Shown here: positions 49,101 to 61,677 of the stretch, one piece after another
Numbering within the stretch: the first letter of the stretch is position 1
Layout: every line of letters begins with the position of its first letter
From: Okamejei kenojei
Lineage: Eukaryota
Reading direction: 5' to 3'
Length of the DNA: 64,000 nt
Assembly: GCA_035221665.1 (NCBI GenBank)
Contig: CM069162.1
Coordinates: 19,716,001-19,780,000, forward strand
The notes under the pieces: generated by a model
Database searches by the model: none
The model's input: only the letters and a program-made list of their open reading frames with translations
What the model was told of the DNA's origin: nothing
Translations under genes and position numbers: made by a program

Positions 49101-49233
49101 TCTTCTTTCCTGTGGCGTGCACAGCCTAAAGTTGTAGGACAACTTGTTCTATTTGATCTTTGTTTGTGCATGTCGAGTTGATTGCATTAGTCGAAACAGG
49201 GCGGGCCACGTGAGGGTTGCAATCTTGCACCCC
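49101..49233 (-). mobile_element. Short non-autonomous non-LTR element (Ingi/Vingi- or RTE-like tail) nested in the Penelope RT
   Basis: TSD core TCCAGTCA (49091-49098 / 49235-49242). The 3' end reads ...GCACGCCACAGGAAAGAAGAAG. Confidence 0.8.
49180..49233 (-). ncRNA. Minimal HDV/CPEB3-like ribozyme fold (slightly degenerate copy)
   Basis: GGGGUGC-AA-GAUUGCA-ACC-CUCACGU-GGC-CCGCCCU-G-UUUCGA-CUAA-UGCAAUC: P1 with G1-U wobble, perfect 7-bp P2, P3/L3, UUCG mini-P4, J4/2 CUAA. Confidence 0.7.
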
Positions 49234-52200
49234 ATCCAGTCATTGTACACCTCCTTCCCCCACAAGTAAGGTCTTAAAGCCCTTCATTTTTCCTCGACCA
49301 CAGAACCAGCCAATTTCCATCTAGTAACATTCTCCTCCACCCAGCAGAGCTGGTCTCCTTACCCTTATCAACTTCTCCTTTGACTCCTCACACTTCCTCC
49401 AAATCCAAGGCGTAGCTATGGGCACTCACATGGGCCCCAGCTGGGCCTGCCTCTTTGTTGGGTACGCCGAACAATCACTGTTCCAGGCGTACACTGGCCC
49501 TATCCCCGAATTCTAACTCCGCAACATTGACGACTGCATCCATGCAGAACACACTGACTTCATCAACTTCACGACTAATTTCCATCCTGCACTCAAATTC
49601 ACTTGGACCGTCTCCGACATCTCCCTACCGTTTTTAGACTCACCGTCTCTATCTCAGGAGACAGACTATTGACTGACATCTTTTACAAACCCACTAACTG
49701 CCATAGCTATCTAGACGACACTTCTTCCCACCCTGCTTCCTGTAAAGACTATCCCCTACTCCCAATTGCTCCATCTACACCGCATCTGTGCTCAAGATGA
49801 GATTTTCCATACCAGGTCATCGGAGATATCTTCGTTCTTTAGGGTACGGGGGTTCCCCTCTTCCATTATAGATGAGGTTCTCACTAGGGTCTCCTCGATA
49901 TCCCGCAGCCTCGCTCTTGCTCCCCTTCCCCCCATTAATAACAAGGACAGAGTCCCCCTTGTCCTCACCTTCCACCCCATCAGCCGTCGCATACAGCATA
50001 TAATCCTCCAGCATTTTCGCCACCTCCAACGGGATCTCGCTACTGGCCACATCTTCCCATCTCCCTTTTTGCTTTCCTCAGAGACCGTTCTCTCTGCAAC
50101 TCCCCGTCAAATCGTCCCTTCCCACCCAAACCACCCCTTCCTCAGGTATTTTCCCCTGCAACCACAGAAGATGCAACACCTGTCCCTTTACCTCCCTCCT
50201 TGACTCCATCCAAGGACCCCGACAATCTTTTCAGGTGAGGCAAAGGTTCACTTGCATTTCCTCCAACCTCATCTACTGTATCCGCTGTTCCAGGTGTCAA
50301 TTCCTGTATATCGGTGAGACCAAGCGCAGGCTCGGCCATCGTTCTGCCTTAACCTATCTGATCACCCAGTTGCTCAGCACTTTTACTCCCCCTCCCATTC
50401 CCAATCTGACCTTTCTGTCCTGGGCCTCCTCCATTGTCAGAATGAGGCCCAGCACAAATAGGAGGAACAGCACCTCATATTTCGCTTGGGTAGCTTACAC
50501 CCCAGCGGTATGAACTTTGACTTCTCTAACTTCCCGTCCAATCCCCTGACATCAGTCTGAAGAAGGGTCTCGACCCGAAACCTTACCCATTCCTTCACTC
50601 CAGAGATGCTGCCTGTCCCGCTGAGTTACTCCAGCATTTTGTCTCTACCATAAATCAAGTATAGTGCTTTGCAATGGCATGAATACCACACATTCCCACT
50701 GCCCTCCTCCTCCACTCCCTTGTTTCCCTCCTCCTCCACTCCCTTCAGCTCTTCATCCATCCATACCTCTGCAGTTTTTTTTGCCAAGGATTCTAGGGTT
50801 TGCAGTCTCTTGTGTCTCCATGGTGTTTTCCTAGTACATTTAGCAATTCGCAGAGCCTTTCAGATAATCTGAGAATTCAATTTTCACAAAGATTATTTTC
50901 GAAAATCAATAAAATTCCTACTGTGAATTCAAAACATTATATAAGAATGAATCTTTCTAGCTATAGGTTTAGGTGCTGTACACTAAGCATGGATAAAGGT
51001 ATATCTGACAGAGAGAAAGTGCTGAATTAGCATAGGAAGGATTGTCCCAAGCTGTAGTGCTGTAGTTTTAGAGCAGTGCCAGATTTTCAGCTAATAAATC
51101 TGAAAATACATTGCTGTGCATCAGTCGGTCCTGGAGTTTGGGAGATGAGAAATACAACCAAAAAAATTGCTGATTATGGCTTGGTGCTAGTATTTGGATT
51201 TTTTTTTAAGTTAATCATGGCATAATTGTGATCAGTTATGTTTAGCCACTGATGAAGCCATTCATCTTTTTGTGCAGGTGCTGTGGAAATCACAGCATTG
51301 ACTTGACATACTAATAATGTCATACACAGCAACTTTTGGTTTTACGTGCATTCACATCCTTGTAGGTATAGCACTCTTGTAAACATTATAGTATTTGTAA
51401 TCTTATATAACATTTGACAAATAATTAATTGTAAAGGCTGACTTCCTCACTGGAGGAGAAAATATGGTGGAAAAACTGAGTGATGAGTTAAAAGATATAA
51501 GTACTTGAAGTTAATGTGAGTAATTAAAAACCCATGGATCAGCCAAACGTGGATCCTCCCTGTTGTGATTAGAATGCTTTTGCTGCAGTGGTTGGTGAGG
51601 ATTATTTTGGTGGAATGTAATTATTGTGAAAATGTTGTTGAATCCACAGACTAAGTTATTTCAAAGGAATGAAGCATGTGCTGAGATAGTTTTCAGTATT
51701 TCCCAGAAACTTTTGTGTTGGTGTTTTTCTCCGAAAGCTATTCAGATCAAGTAGATTTATCATGTACATTGCTGTAGATCTTTCTTAACATTGTTTTACT
51801 AAACCCATCATAAACTATTAAGCCAATAGATCCTGAACTGTTGGGACCTTAAAGAATCATTACTTCATTCATAGTTATGACTTTTCACACAAAAATAGTT
51901 TTGTAATGTTGCATTTTGTCATTACATTCAGGGTTTCAAAAGCAATTTCTGTGATCGTCCCCCTAAATTAAGCAAAGAGATATTCTACGATTCATGAGCA
52001 AGTGGTCTGTATCGTTTTCTTTCTCAACAAAATGTCAGTTATAATTTTTACTTTAAAAAAAATTACAATTTCAGTGCCACCCATATGCAGATTTGCAGGG
52101 CTGACAATGGAGAGAACAAGAGCTGGCCCAGAGAACATCACAATGGCCAAACCACGTGCCTGCTCTCTAGGATCATTCAACATCTATAACCAGCCAATTT

Positions 52201-52670
52201 GCAGCCTTATAATCACAGTCAACCAAATGGACATCTCTGTCAGCGGACAGATTTTTTAAAGCTTGGGGAATGGGGGAATTTTGCAATTTTATTATTCTCC
52301 TTCCTGTTGGGGAGACACTGTTCGAAGATTACTGCATACTTTTGTATACATCCCATTCAGAATGCTCTCAGTTTTGAAACCACTCCATCTTTGTTTGCAT
52401 CCCACTTTCCACCCACCCACCCACCCTGCTGCATGCACAACAAGCCTCGGGTTTGTGATTGAATACTTAAAGCAAAAGCGACAATAAAGATCCAAAAACA
52501 GCAGTACTTTCTTGCAAGAGTGAAAGGAACGTGCAGTGTGTTATTTGGGTGTTTGATTTCTAAGTTGTCTTGATAAGAACGGACTCCTGAGCTCTAGTGG
52601 GAATACTGACTTAAATTCAAGTGTTCATAACAACTAATAAGGCAAAATATACCATATTGTATCACCTGTG

Positions 52671-52764
52671 ATGTGCATGAATTTAGAAAACTCGATAAAG
52701 TTACCTATTATTGAATGTGCAGAACGTGTTTGGATAAATTGTGATATGCATTTTCTTTCACCAG
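52671..52764 (+). CDS. Candidate alternative N-terminus (MCMNLENSIKLPIIECAERVWINCDMHFLSP) reading in frame into exon 52765
   Basis: Open frame from 52641 (after TAA at 52638) continues across the acceptor into the EIF4G3 frame. In-frame ATGs at 52671, 52677 and 52746. Confidence 0.45.
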
Positions 52765-52862
52765 CACCATCCTATTACAGTCAACCTGTGTATTCGCCGT
52801 CTGCACCTTTGATAGTGCCTACACAACAACAACCACCTCCAACAAAGAGGGAAAAGAAAACG
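52765..52862 (+). CDS. EIF4G3: EIF4G3 exon (APSYYSQPVYSPSAPLIVPTQQQPPPTKREKKT)
   Basis: tttcaccAG acceptor, GTATGG donor, 98 nt, phase 1-0. KREKKT begins the PABP-binding motif. Confidence 0.95.
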
Positions 52863-54247
52863 GTATGGCGTCCATGTGGCTGATTTCCTTTTGCTTCTGC
52901 TTGTGTGTAATTAAGTTGCGTGTAACGGAGGGGACGTTTAACTTGCAAATAGCCCTACAGTCCTGTTATTTGATTCTATATTAGAGTGTTTTTTTATGTG
53001 GCTTGCAGAAGTCACTGGTATTGCTGAGTCTGTTTCTCTAAGGTATGAATGTTAGAAAGAAGTATAATCATCTCAAGAAGGCACCCAATTTCATGTAGCT
53101 CATATCTGTGAAGAGCACTTTACCTGGCTAAGTTTTCAAGGTGAGGTCTGGTATTCTGCCGATCTACAAGGTATATCCTGCCCAGTCAAACATCTAGAAT
53201 TATCTTTTTTGAGTGACCCCACCATCTCTGTTTCGGTGCAGATAATGCATGAAATCCTCCATAGCCTTAAAGTAGTGCCTTCTTGCTGATAATATCAGCA
53301 TTTAGTTTGATTTGTACCAGATTGCTTTCTTGATGCAGTCTTAATTTAGTCATGGATGCCTAAATGCCATGAAGAAGGGAAGAACATTTGTCCTTAAAAG
53401 ATAGCACTGGAACAAAGGTGTGGTGCCACAGAGCATCAGTAACAGTAAGCCGAACGAGAGGAAAATGTACAACTCTACAATTGTTCGTTGAAGATCAGCT
53501 GAATGTCAAAGTTATTCATCAACCTTTCAGAGTAATTATCGAACTGCGCAATTGCTGGCCTGATAGTATAATTTGAAATTAAAACATCCCGTAAAAAAAT
53601 AAAAAGTACTGCATAATGCAGTGTGTGAATCCCAAGGAATTACAAATTGCATGCTTACTGCCTTAAAATGATGTAGTGATAGTTTGAGCCCATTCAGGTT
53701 GAGGATGTGTAGGATCAAAACAGAAGTTAAATGGAAAATGGATTGTGCTCATTTAGTATCCTTACATTTATTTTAGTATGTTTAGCACGTTGTTGTATAC
53801 GCACTTATCAGGACTGTAACAGGCTTGTGGGCATTAGCTTGATTCTGAAATAATTTTAACTGTGCTGTGCTGGAATTTAGCCTGTTACTGATTATTTATG
53901 AATTCCCTGAATTTTTATCCCATTAATTGATGTGGATGCTGCTGAAATTGGGCTCGCTGAGGTCACATTGGGATGACTGTGAGAAATGTTTCACTTCCCA
54001 TGAACAATGCAGGAGAAATTAAGAACGTATGAGTTTAGCTGAATATGTAAGCATAGTCAGGATCGATCCCAGGATCTAATATGTTTAGCATAGTCAGGAT
54101 CGAACTGAAGGCAGCAACTCTACTGCTGCACCACTGTGCTACCCGTGTTACATTTTGCATACCTAAAATTGATTAGAAACTGCATTGGAAAGGGGTAATT
54201 CAGTAAATCTGCCAGCCCTAGCTATTCATGTTTCCAGCTGTGCATTA

Positions 54248-55849
54248 CAGTGCATTCAGAAAATATTCAGACCTCTTCACGTTTTCCACACTTTGTTATG
54301 TTACAGCCTTATTTTAAATTCATTGTTTTAAATCATCAATCTACACACAATACTCCAGAATCAAGAAGCGAAAACAGGTGTTTATACATTTTTGCAAAGT
54401 AATTGAAAGTAAATAACTGAAATATCACATTTACTTAAGTATTCAGACCCTTTGCTATGACAAAATTGAGCTTGGGTTCATCCTGTTTCCATTGATTATC
54501 CTTAATATATTTCTACAACTTGATTGCAGTCCACCAGTGGTAAATTAAATTGATTGGACATGATTTGGAAAGGCACACACCTGTCTATATAAGGTCCCAC
54601 AGTTGACAGTGCATGTCAGAGCAAAAACCAAGCCATGAAGACAAAAGAATTGTCCATAGACCTCTGAGACAGGATTGTGTCAAGACACATATCTTGGGAA
54701 GGGTATAAAACAATTTCCGCAGCATTGCAGGTCCCGAAGAGCACAGTGGCCTCTGTCATTCTTAAATGGAAGAACTTTGGAACCACCAGGACTCTTCATA
54801 GAGCTGGCCACCCAGCCAAACTGAGCAATCGGGGAGAAGGGCCTTTGTCAGGGAGGTGACCAAGAACCCGATAGTCACTCTGACAGAGCTCCAGAGTTCC
54901 TCTGTGGAGATGGAAGAACCTTCCAGAAGGACATCTATATCTGCAGCACTCCACCGATCAGGCCTTTATGGTAGAGTGGCCAGACGGAAGCCACTCCTCA
55001 GTAAAAGGCACATGGCAGCCCGCTTGGAGTTTGCCAAAAGGCACCTAAAGGACTCTCAGACCATGAAAAGCAAGATTCTCTTGTCTGTTAAACCAAGATT
55101 TAACTCTTTGGCCTGAATGCCATGCATCACATCTGGAGGAACGCTCATCACCTTTCCAATACCATACCTGCGGTGAAGCATGGTGGTGGCAGTATCATGC
55201 TGTGGGGATGTTTTTCAGCGACAGGAACTGGGAGACAAGTCAGGATCGAGGGAAAGATGAACAGAACAAAGTACAGAGAGATCCTTGATTTAAAAACCTG
55301 CTCCAGAGCGTTCTGGACGTCAGACTGGGGCGGAGGTTCACCTTCCAACGGGACAACGACCCTAAGCACACAGCCAAGACAACGCAGGAGTCGCTTTGTG
55401 ACACGTCTGTGAATGTCCTTGAGTGGCCCAGCCTGAGCCTGGACTTGAACCCGATCGAACATCTCTGGAGGGACCTGAAAATAGCTGTGCATCGGCGCTC
55501 CCATCCAACCTGAGAGGATCTGCAAAGAATGGGAGAAATTACCCAAATACAGGTGTGCCAAGCTTGTAGCATCATACCCAAGAAGACCTGGGGCTGTAAT
55601 TGCTGCCAAAGGTGCCTCAACAAAGTACTGAGTAAAGTCTGACTATTTATGTAAATGTGATATTTCAGTTATTTCTTTTTAATTACTTTGCAAAAATTGC
55701 TAAACTCCTGTTTTCGCTTTTTTTATTATGGGGTATTGTGTGTAGATTGATGATAAAACAAAAAAGAATTTAATCCATTTTAGGATAAGGCTGTAACGTA
55801 ACAAAATGTGGGAAAAGTGAAGGGGTCTGAATACTTTCTGAATGCACTA
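54248..55849 (+). mobile_element. Full-length Tc1-like transposon with ~200-bp IR/DR-type TIRs
   Basis: TA|CAGTGCATTCAGAAAATATTCAGAC.. and ..GTCTGAATACTTTCTGAATGCACTA|TG. Internal repeats of the GTATTCAGACCC motif. Confidence 0.95.
54635..55631 (+). pseudogene. Tc1 transposase pseudogene
   Basis: [67 protein letters not shown], with frameshifts and stops. The first catalytic Asp region is mutated. Confidence 0.9.
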
Positions 55850-56265
55850 TGTTGATTGTTTTACATTCTAAGTGATTAATCTAATGATTTTGCTGGGCTG
55901 GTATATGCAGTATATGGTTTTAGGATTACTTCAAATGATAGCTTAATGGTTGACATAGACTTGGTGGGCTAAAGGACCTGTTTCCATGTTGTATCTCTTT
56001 GATGTTTGCATGTTCATCACACTATTGACATGGGAGGTATTTGCAGTTACAAATTTTAAATAAATCAGCATGCAGCATTTATTTAAATAATAAAGTCCTT
56101 TGGAAAACATGCCTACCATGAAGCTTGGGAAACTCATTTATTTGTACTACACTATTTGCATGACATCTGTTCATATTCCACAGCAAGGAATGCTTAGTTT
56201 AAGAACCAAAGAGTTTTTAAAAACTGTTGTACGTCAGTGTTTAATTATTCGATTCTCTTCTGCAG

Positions 56266-56391
56266 ATTAGAATCCGTGATCCAAATCAAGGAGGCAAAGA
56301 CATCACTGAAGAAATAATGTCGGGTGGAGGTGGAAGCAGAAACCCTACACCCCCGGTTGGGAGGCCGAATACCACTCCCACTCCACCTCAG
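56266..56391 (+). CDS. EIF4G3: EIF4G3 exon with PABP-binding motif ([42 protein letters not shown])
   Basis: ctgcAG acceptor, GTAGTT donor, 126 nt, phase 0-0. Nearly identical to human EIF4G3. The SRNPTPP..GRP stretch distinguishes it from EIF4G1. Confidence 0.97.
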
Positions 56392-56759
56392 GTAGTTAGC
56401 ATATAGCTGACACTTTGATATAGTGAAAAAGTAAATTGTTAAAAATTAGCAATTGTATTGAAATGTTAGTTTTATCTATTTTGGGTCCTTTTGTCGTATA
56501 TAACAGGATCTTCACCAAAATGCATAAGGTAGTTATGGTAAACTCCAATCAAGGATTTAAAAAGCCTGTCTTGGAGCTCTGCTTGGCACCATCTGAACAG
56601 GTGTAAAACTCCTCCTTTCACAGGATGATTAACCGTTAAGATCATTTGTCGTGGAAAGTGATTACGGCTAAAATATTGGCTTCTTTTAAAAAATAGTTAG
56701 ATGATGTAATGACAAGGTGAGAGCTTGTGTTCCTGATATGATACAGGGTCAAAATGTGG

Positions 56760-56880
56760 CGGAAAGAACTGCAGTTTAAATCGAAGATAGACACAAAATA
56801 CTGGAGTACTCAGTGGGGCAGGCAGCATCTCTGGAGAGAAGGAATGGATGACATTTCGGGTTGAGACCCTTCAGACTGAT
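56760..56880 (-). mobile_element. Penelope-tail short insertion
   Basis: Reverse-complement family sequence. ATACAGGGTCA / ATACAGAGTCA direct repeat on the flanks. Confidence 0.7.
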
Positions 56881-58784
56881 TCTGAATACAGAGTCATATT
56901 CACACCAATTAATTTTATAATTGACAATCTTTCTAATTAGTAAGCACAACACTGGTATGGTAGAAAATTGATTGGCAGGCTGGAACCAGAACAGGCATAA
57001 ATTAATCTGTTTATTGTATTCAAGATAATGAACAGGGATATACCTTCGGGATAAGTATCCGAGCCTCAGTTTATTTTACAAAGTACATAAATAACTTGGA
57101 TAAAGATACAAAGGTATGGTTGTTACATTTTTTGATGGCATAAGATAGGAAGAAAAATAAGTTGTGTAGAGCAAAAGATTCCTACAAAGGAATATAGATA
57201 TAGGTATAGTGGATCTAAGCAAGCAGATATGGGAAATTGTAAATTTTGAGAACAAATAATTAGGAAAATGAATTATCTTATGTTTAATTGAAAGGGGAAA
57301 TGAATATAAGGGTAGGGAGCCTATGTTTCCATTATGTAGGGGATTTGTGAGACTACCTCTGGAATATTGCGACAGTATCGGACACCTTATTTACAAAATT
57401 GAATAGTATAGAAGTAACAGAAAGGAACGCATAAGAGGAGGGAAGATACTACTGGTTAGGGAGAACGTAGAGTGCGTAGGATTTATTCGAGGGATTGTTC
57501 ATTGAGGTAGAAGTTAAGAAGAGAGAGGCAATCACTGAAGGAGCTTCTTGGAATTGAAAATTTAAAAAAAAAATAGGTGCTGGAAATCTAAATTCAAAAG
57601 AGAAAATGCTCAGCAATTCAGTTTGTATCTCTTGGAAGGGAAACAGAGTTAAGGTTTCAGATCGGAGTCCTTTTAGAGAGTGAATGGTTACAGTAGGTAG
57701 TTGGAATACAAAATTGAGATTATGTTTGTGTTGGTCATGATCTTTAGAAATGCAGAACAAATTGTGGGCGAAGTGAGCAGCTGCTCTTAATTCATATATT
57801 CAGGAATCTCGGCCAACTCTCATCGCTCATCTATAGCTAAATCTAACTCTTCAAATGGCACAATCGATTTCTATTCACATTTAATTGAAATTATTCTCTA
57901 CCAAATGGCAGTCACACTCCCTTCCAGCTCTGCAGGAATTGCTTTTGTTGACCAGCCAAGTGTTGATATAATAATCAGACCATTAAATTAGCTGGTAGCT
58001 CCCTCATGCTCACAATGCCCAAGAGTCGTCTAGTGAACGCAAGGCAGCCTGCCTAATACCGGCCATAGCTTCAGTCATGATCATCCAGAGCAGTATGTAT
58101 TCTCTTGTAGTGCTAGTGCATTGTTGTTGTATTGATACATTTGCTGAAGATTACCAAATATGATTTGGCTGGTTTTCTACAGCCTGAGGTGTGTGGAGCA
58201 GCCACTGAGATACCAGCTGTCCTAGCTGATAGAATGAGTATTCTTGCCAAGCCTTTAGCTCAAGCATTTGGGGGGAAAAAATCATGCAGATAATCCGACA
58301 TACAGATTGCAAAGCAGGCAGTTACGCTACCACTTTATTTTTTAATACCATGAAAGAAATACTGAGAATCAACAAAGACCATTTGGTCTGTCAGGCCAGA
58401 ACGGAAAAGTTGTAATTGGGGGATATTGTTCAAAGTGCAAAGAGTTCAGTATGGGAGAGAAAGGGAGAAACACTCTATTGACCACAAAGCTATATTGCCT
58501 ATGAAGCTAATTGTTAAGTTCCTAGAACTGAATTACAACAGTAATCACTGAGATTTAAACTGAAATGTGAAGATTTGCTGGAACAAAGCTTAATGAAATG
58601 TCTGCTTATACATCTTGTTGAAAGTGTTTTGTGTTTCACGTTGTATTGAACTTTAAATATTTGTTTGTCTTCAATGTTATGATGTATCGTGTTCCCACTA
58701 ACTTAAATTATGGTTAGAAATCCTCTTTCAAAATAATCATATCGTTGGCAGGTGAACTTTAGTGCCATTATTTTAACTTTTTTT

Positions 58785-59777
58785 GGACGCCCAGTCCCTT
58801 TACACCTCCAGCCCGCACCAGGAAGGTTTCAAGGCCTTTGGTTCTAACTTTAACAGAGACCCAAACAATTTCCTTTCACTAACAACCCTCTGATTGGCAA
58901 ACTTTGGCATCACTCTCAGCAAATTCTATACGACTTCTCTCACTTTCTTCAAGTTTAGGTGTCTCCAAGGGCACTCGCGTGGGCCCCAGCTATGTCTGCC
59001 CTTTTGTTGGTTTTGTGCAACAGTCCTTGTTCCAAATGTGCCAGTGCACCTTCTCACAACTCTTTTCTCGCTATATTGTTGACCGCATGGGAGCTGCCTC
59101 CTACACCTGTGCAACATTGATTTCATTAACTTTAATACTAACTTCCATCTTGGCCTCAAATTGACTTGCACTCTCTCTGACACCCCTCTCCGCTTTCCTG
59201 ATCTCTCTGTCACCATCACAGGGGAGGGCAGATTATCAACTGACATCTACAAACTTATCGACTCCCACAGTTATGGACTACACCTGCTCTTGTAAAGAAG
59301 CTATCCCGTCTCAAGTTCTCTGCCTCTGCTGTATCAACTCCCAAGATGAAACTTTCATTCTGAGATATCCGAGATGTCCTCTTTCTTAAGTAAACGTGGG
59401 TTTCCCCCCTGCTGTCAAGGATGGATTCCTCACCTGCATCTCTTCTGTGTCTCATAGTTCTGCACTCGCTCCCCCTCTACCCACACAAAACGAGTATAGA
59501 CGTCCCCTGGTTCTTCCCTTTCACCCCACCAACCTCCGCATCCAAAGCATCATTCTCCGACATTTCTGCCACTGTCAACATGATCCTATCACCAGTCACA
59601 TCTTCCCATCGTTACCCAATTTCGCCTTCCGCAGAAACAGCTCCCTCCATGACCCCTTGGTTCACTCAGCCCTTACCACCCTAACCACCCCCGACCCAGG
59701 TACTTTCCCTTGCAACCAAAGGAGATGTAACACCTGTGCCTATACCTCCTCTCTGGCATCCATCCAGGAATCCCAGT
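58785..59777 (+). mobile_element. Penelope-like RT fragment
   Basis: GVSKGTRVGPSYVCPFVGFVQQ, FSRYIVD, RRPLVLPFHP and GTFPCNQRRCNTC. Confidence 0.85.
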
Positions 59778-61035
59778 AGCCATAGGTGAGACCAAAGTTG
59801 TGCCAATGAAAGGCAAAGAAGCCATTATGAGACTGAGAAACAAGAATAAAACTGTTAGAGACATCAGCCAAACCTTAGGCTAACAAAAATCAACTGTTTG
59901 GAACATCATTAAGAAGAAAGAGAGCACTGGTGAGCTTATTAATCACAATGGGACTGGCAGGCCAAGGAAGACCTCCACAGCTGATGACACAAGAATTCGC
60001 TCTATAATAAAGAAAAATCCCCAAACACCTGTCCAACAGATCAGAAACACTCTTCAGGTGCGGACTTGTCAATGAATACTGTCCGCAGAAGACTTCGTGA
60101 ACAGAAATACAGAGACTACACTGCAAGATGCAAACCACTGGTTAGCCACAAAATAGGATAGGTTACAAAAATAGGCCAAGTTACAGTTTGCCAAGAAGTA
60201 CTTAAAAGAGCAACCACAGTTCTGGAAAAAGGTCTTGTAGACAAATGAGGCAAAGATTAACTTGTATCAGAATGATGGCAAGAGCAAAATATGGAGGAGA
60301 GAAGGAACTGCCAAAGATCCAAAGCATACCACCTCATCTGTCAAACGTGGGGGTGTTATTGCCTGGGCATGTTTGGCTGTTGAAGGTACTGGCTCACTTA
60401 TCGTCATTTATGATACAACTGCTGATAGTAGTAACATAATGAATTCTGGAGTACACAGATACACCCTATCTGCTCAAGTTCAAACAAATGCCTCTGAACT
60501 CATTGGCCGGCATTCATTCTACAGCAAAATAATGATCCTAAACATACTGCTAAAGCAACAAAGACGTTTTTCAAAGCTAAAAAATGGTCAATTCTTCAGT
60601 AGCCAATTGAGCATGCCTTTTATATGCTGAAGAGAAAACTGAAGGGGACTAGTCCACAAAACATGCAAAAGCTAAAGATGGCCACAATACAGGCCTGGCA
60701 GAGCAGCACCAGAGAAGACACCCAGCAACTGGTGATGTCCATGAATCGCAGACTTCGAGCAGTCATTGCATGCAAAAGATATGCAACAAAATACTAAACA
60801 TGACTCATTTATATGACATTGTTGTGTTCCAAACATTATGGTCCCCTATGTATAAACTCTGCAGTAATTTCTACATGGTGTAACCAAAATGTTTAAAAAT
60901 GGCCATTATTAAAATCTGACAATGTGCACCTTAACCACATGTGATTTTTTTTTCTAATACAAATCACAAATTATGGAGTACCGAGGCAAATAAATAAATG
61001 ATGGGTCTTTGGCCCAAACATTGTGGAGGGCACTG
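59778..61035 (+). mobile_element. 5'-truncated Tc1-like transposon (second family)
   Basis: Decayed transposase (TVWNIIKKK..TGRPRKT..RCKPLV..DPKHTTSSVKRGG..WAC..NDPKH..ATKY*). The right end is ..GGAGGGCACTG|TA. Confidence 0.88.
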
Positions 61036-61037
61036 TA

Positions 61038-61262
61038 CCTGCACATAACCTATATTGCTTCAGTCCATGCATATCCACATGCCTATCTAAAAATCTTTTA
61101 AGTGTCACTAAAGTTACAATCACCACCCCCCCCCCCCCCCCACACACACACATCTCCTTTAAACTTTTCCCCTCTTAAACTCCCCTCGAGAATTTGATTT
61201 TTCCATCCTGGGAAAAAGATTCTGACTGTGTACCCTATGTATGCTTCTCATAATTTTATGTA
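61038..61262 (-). mobile_element. CR1 3' fragment
   Basis: The - strand ORF has TLKRFLDRHVDMHGLKQY, typical of the CR1 ORF2 end. Confidence 0.6.
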
Positions 61263-61677
61263 CGCCAACGCCTGCAGTTCCTTGTGTCTCAGAAATAGCC
61301 AAATTTATTTTCTGGTACATTGCATTATTTATATTTCATAATTTCTCACTAACCAATATATACTGGAAAGATCAGCTCCACATTAATGTTGTCATAAGAG
61401 GTTAATGGATGAGAAAATAAATAAATTTGACTATTGTATTGCAAATAATTGGCCAGTCCTTAATCAAAAAGGACTCTTGGGGGGAACACTGAGAATGTAT
61501 TAGCAGTGTTCTGTCTGTTGTCTTTCCTTGCTGTTGTTAACGGTAATCCTCTTTTCTTTTTCTTCTCATTCCTGCTTACTCCATCTCTTTTTGATTTTCT
61601 TTCTTTTGATTTATTGTGGAATTTCATGGGAAACTGTTTCGCATATTTTCCTCTCTGTTATGTGTTCCATGTGCTAG

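Larger units (their letters stand above)
49060..50650 (+). mobile_element. Penelope-like element (RT plus GIY-YIG endonuclease pseudo-ORF, plus tail)
   Basis: IFTMDVQSL..YTS, QIQGVAMGTHMGP, IDD, DIFYKPTNCHSYL, RVPLVLTFHP and LIYCIRCSRCQFLYIGETKRRLGHR motifs, frameshifted. Tail with CTGAAGA..GAAA at 50557-50580. An inverted tail-like relic lies at ~48860-49010. Confidence 0.9.

Noticed and set aside
52075-52259. Acceptor tttcAG followed by a phase-compatible 60-codon frame ending in TAA (possible poison or terminal exon)
   Set aside because: No convincing donor and no recognisable homology. It is covered only as part of the candidate internal-promoter region.
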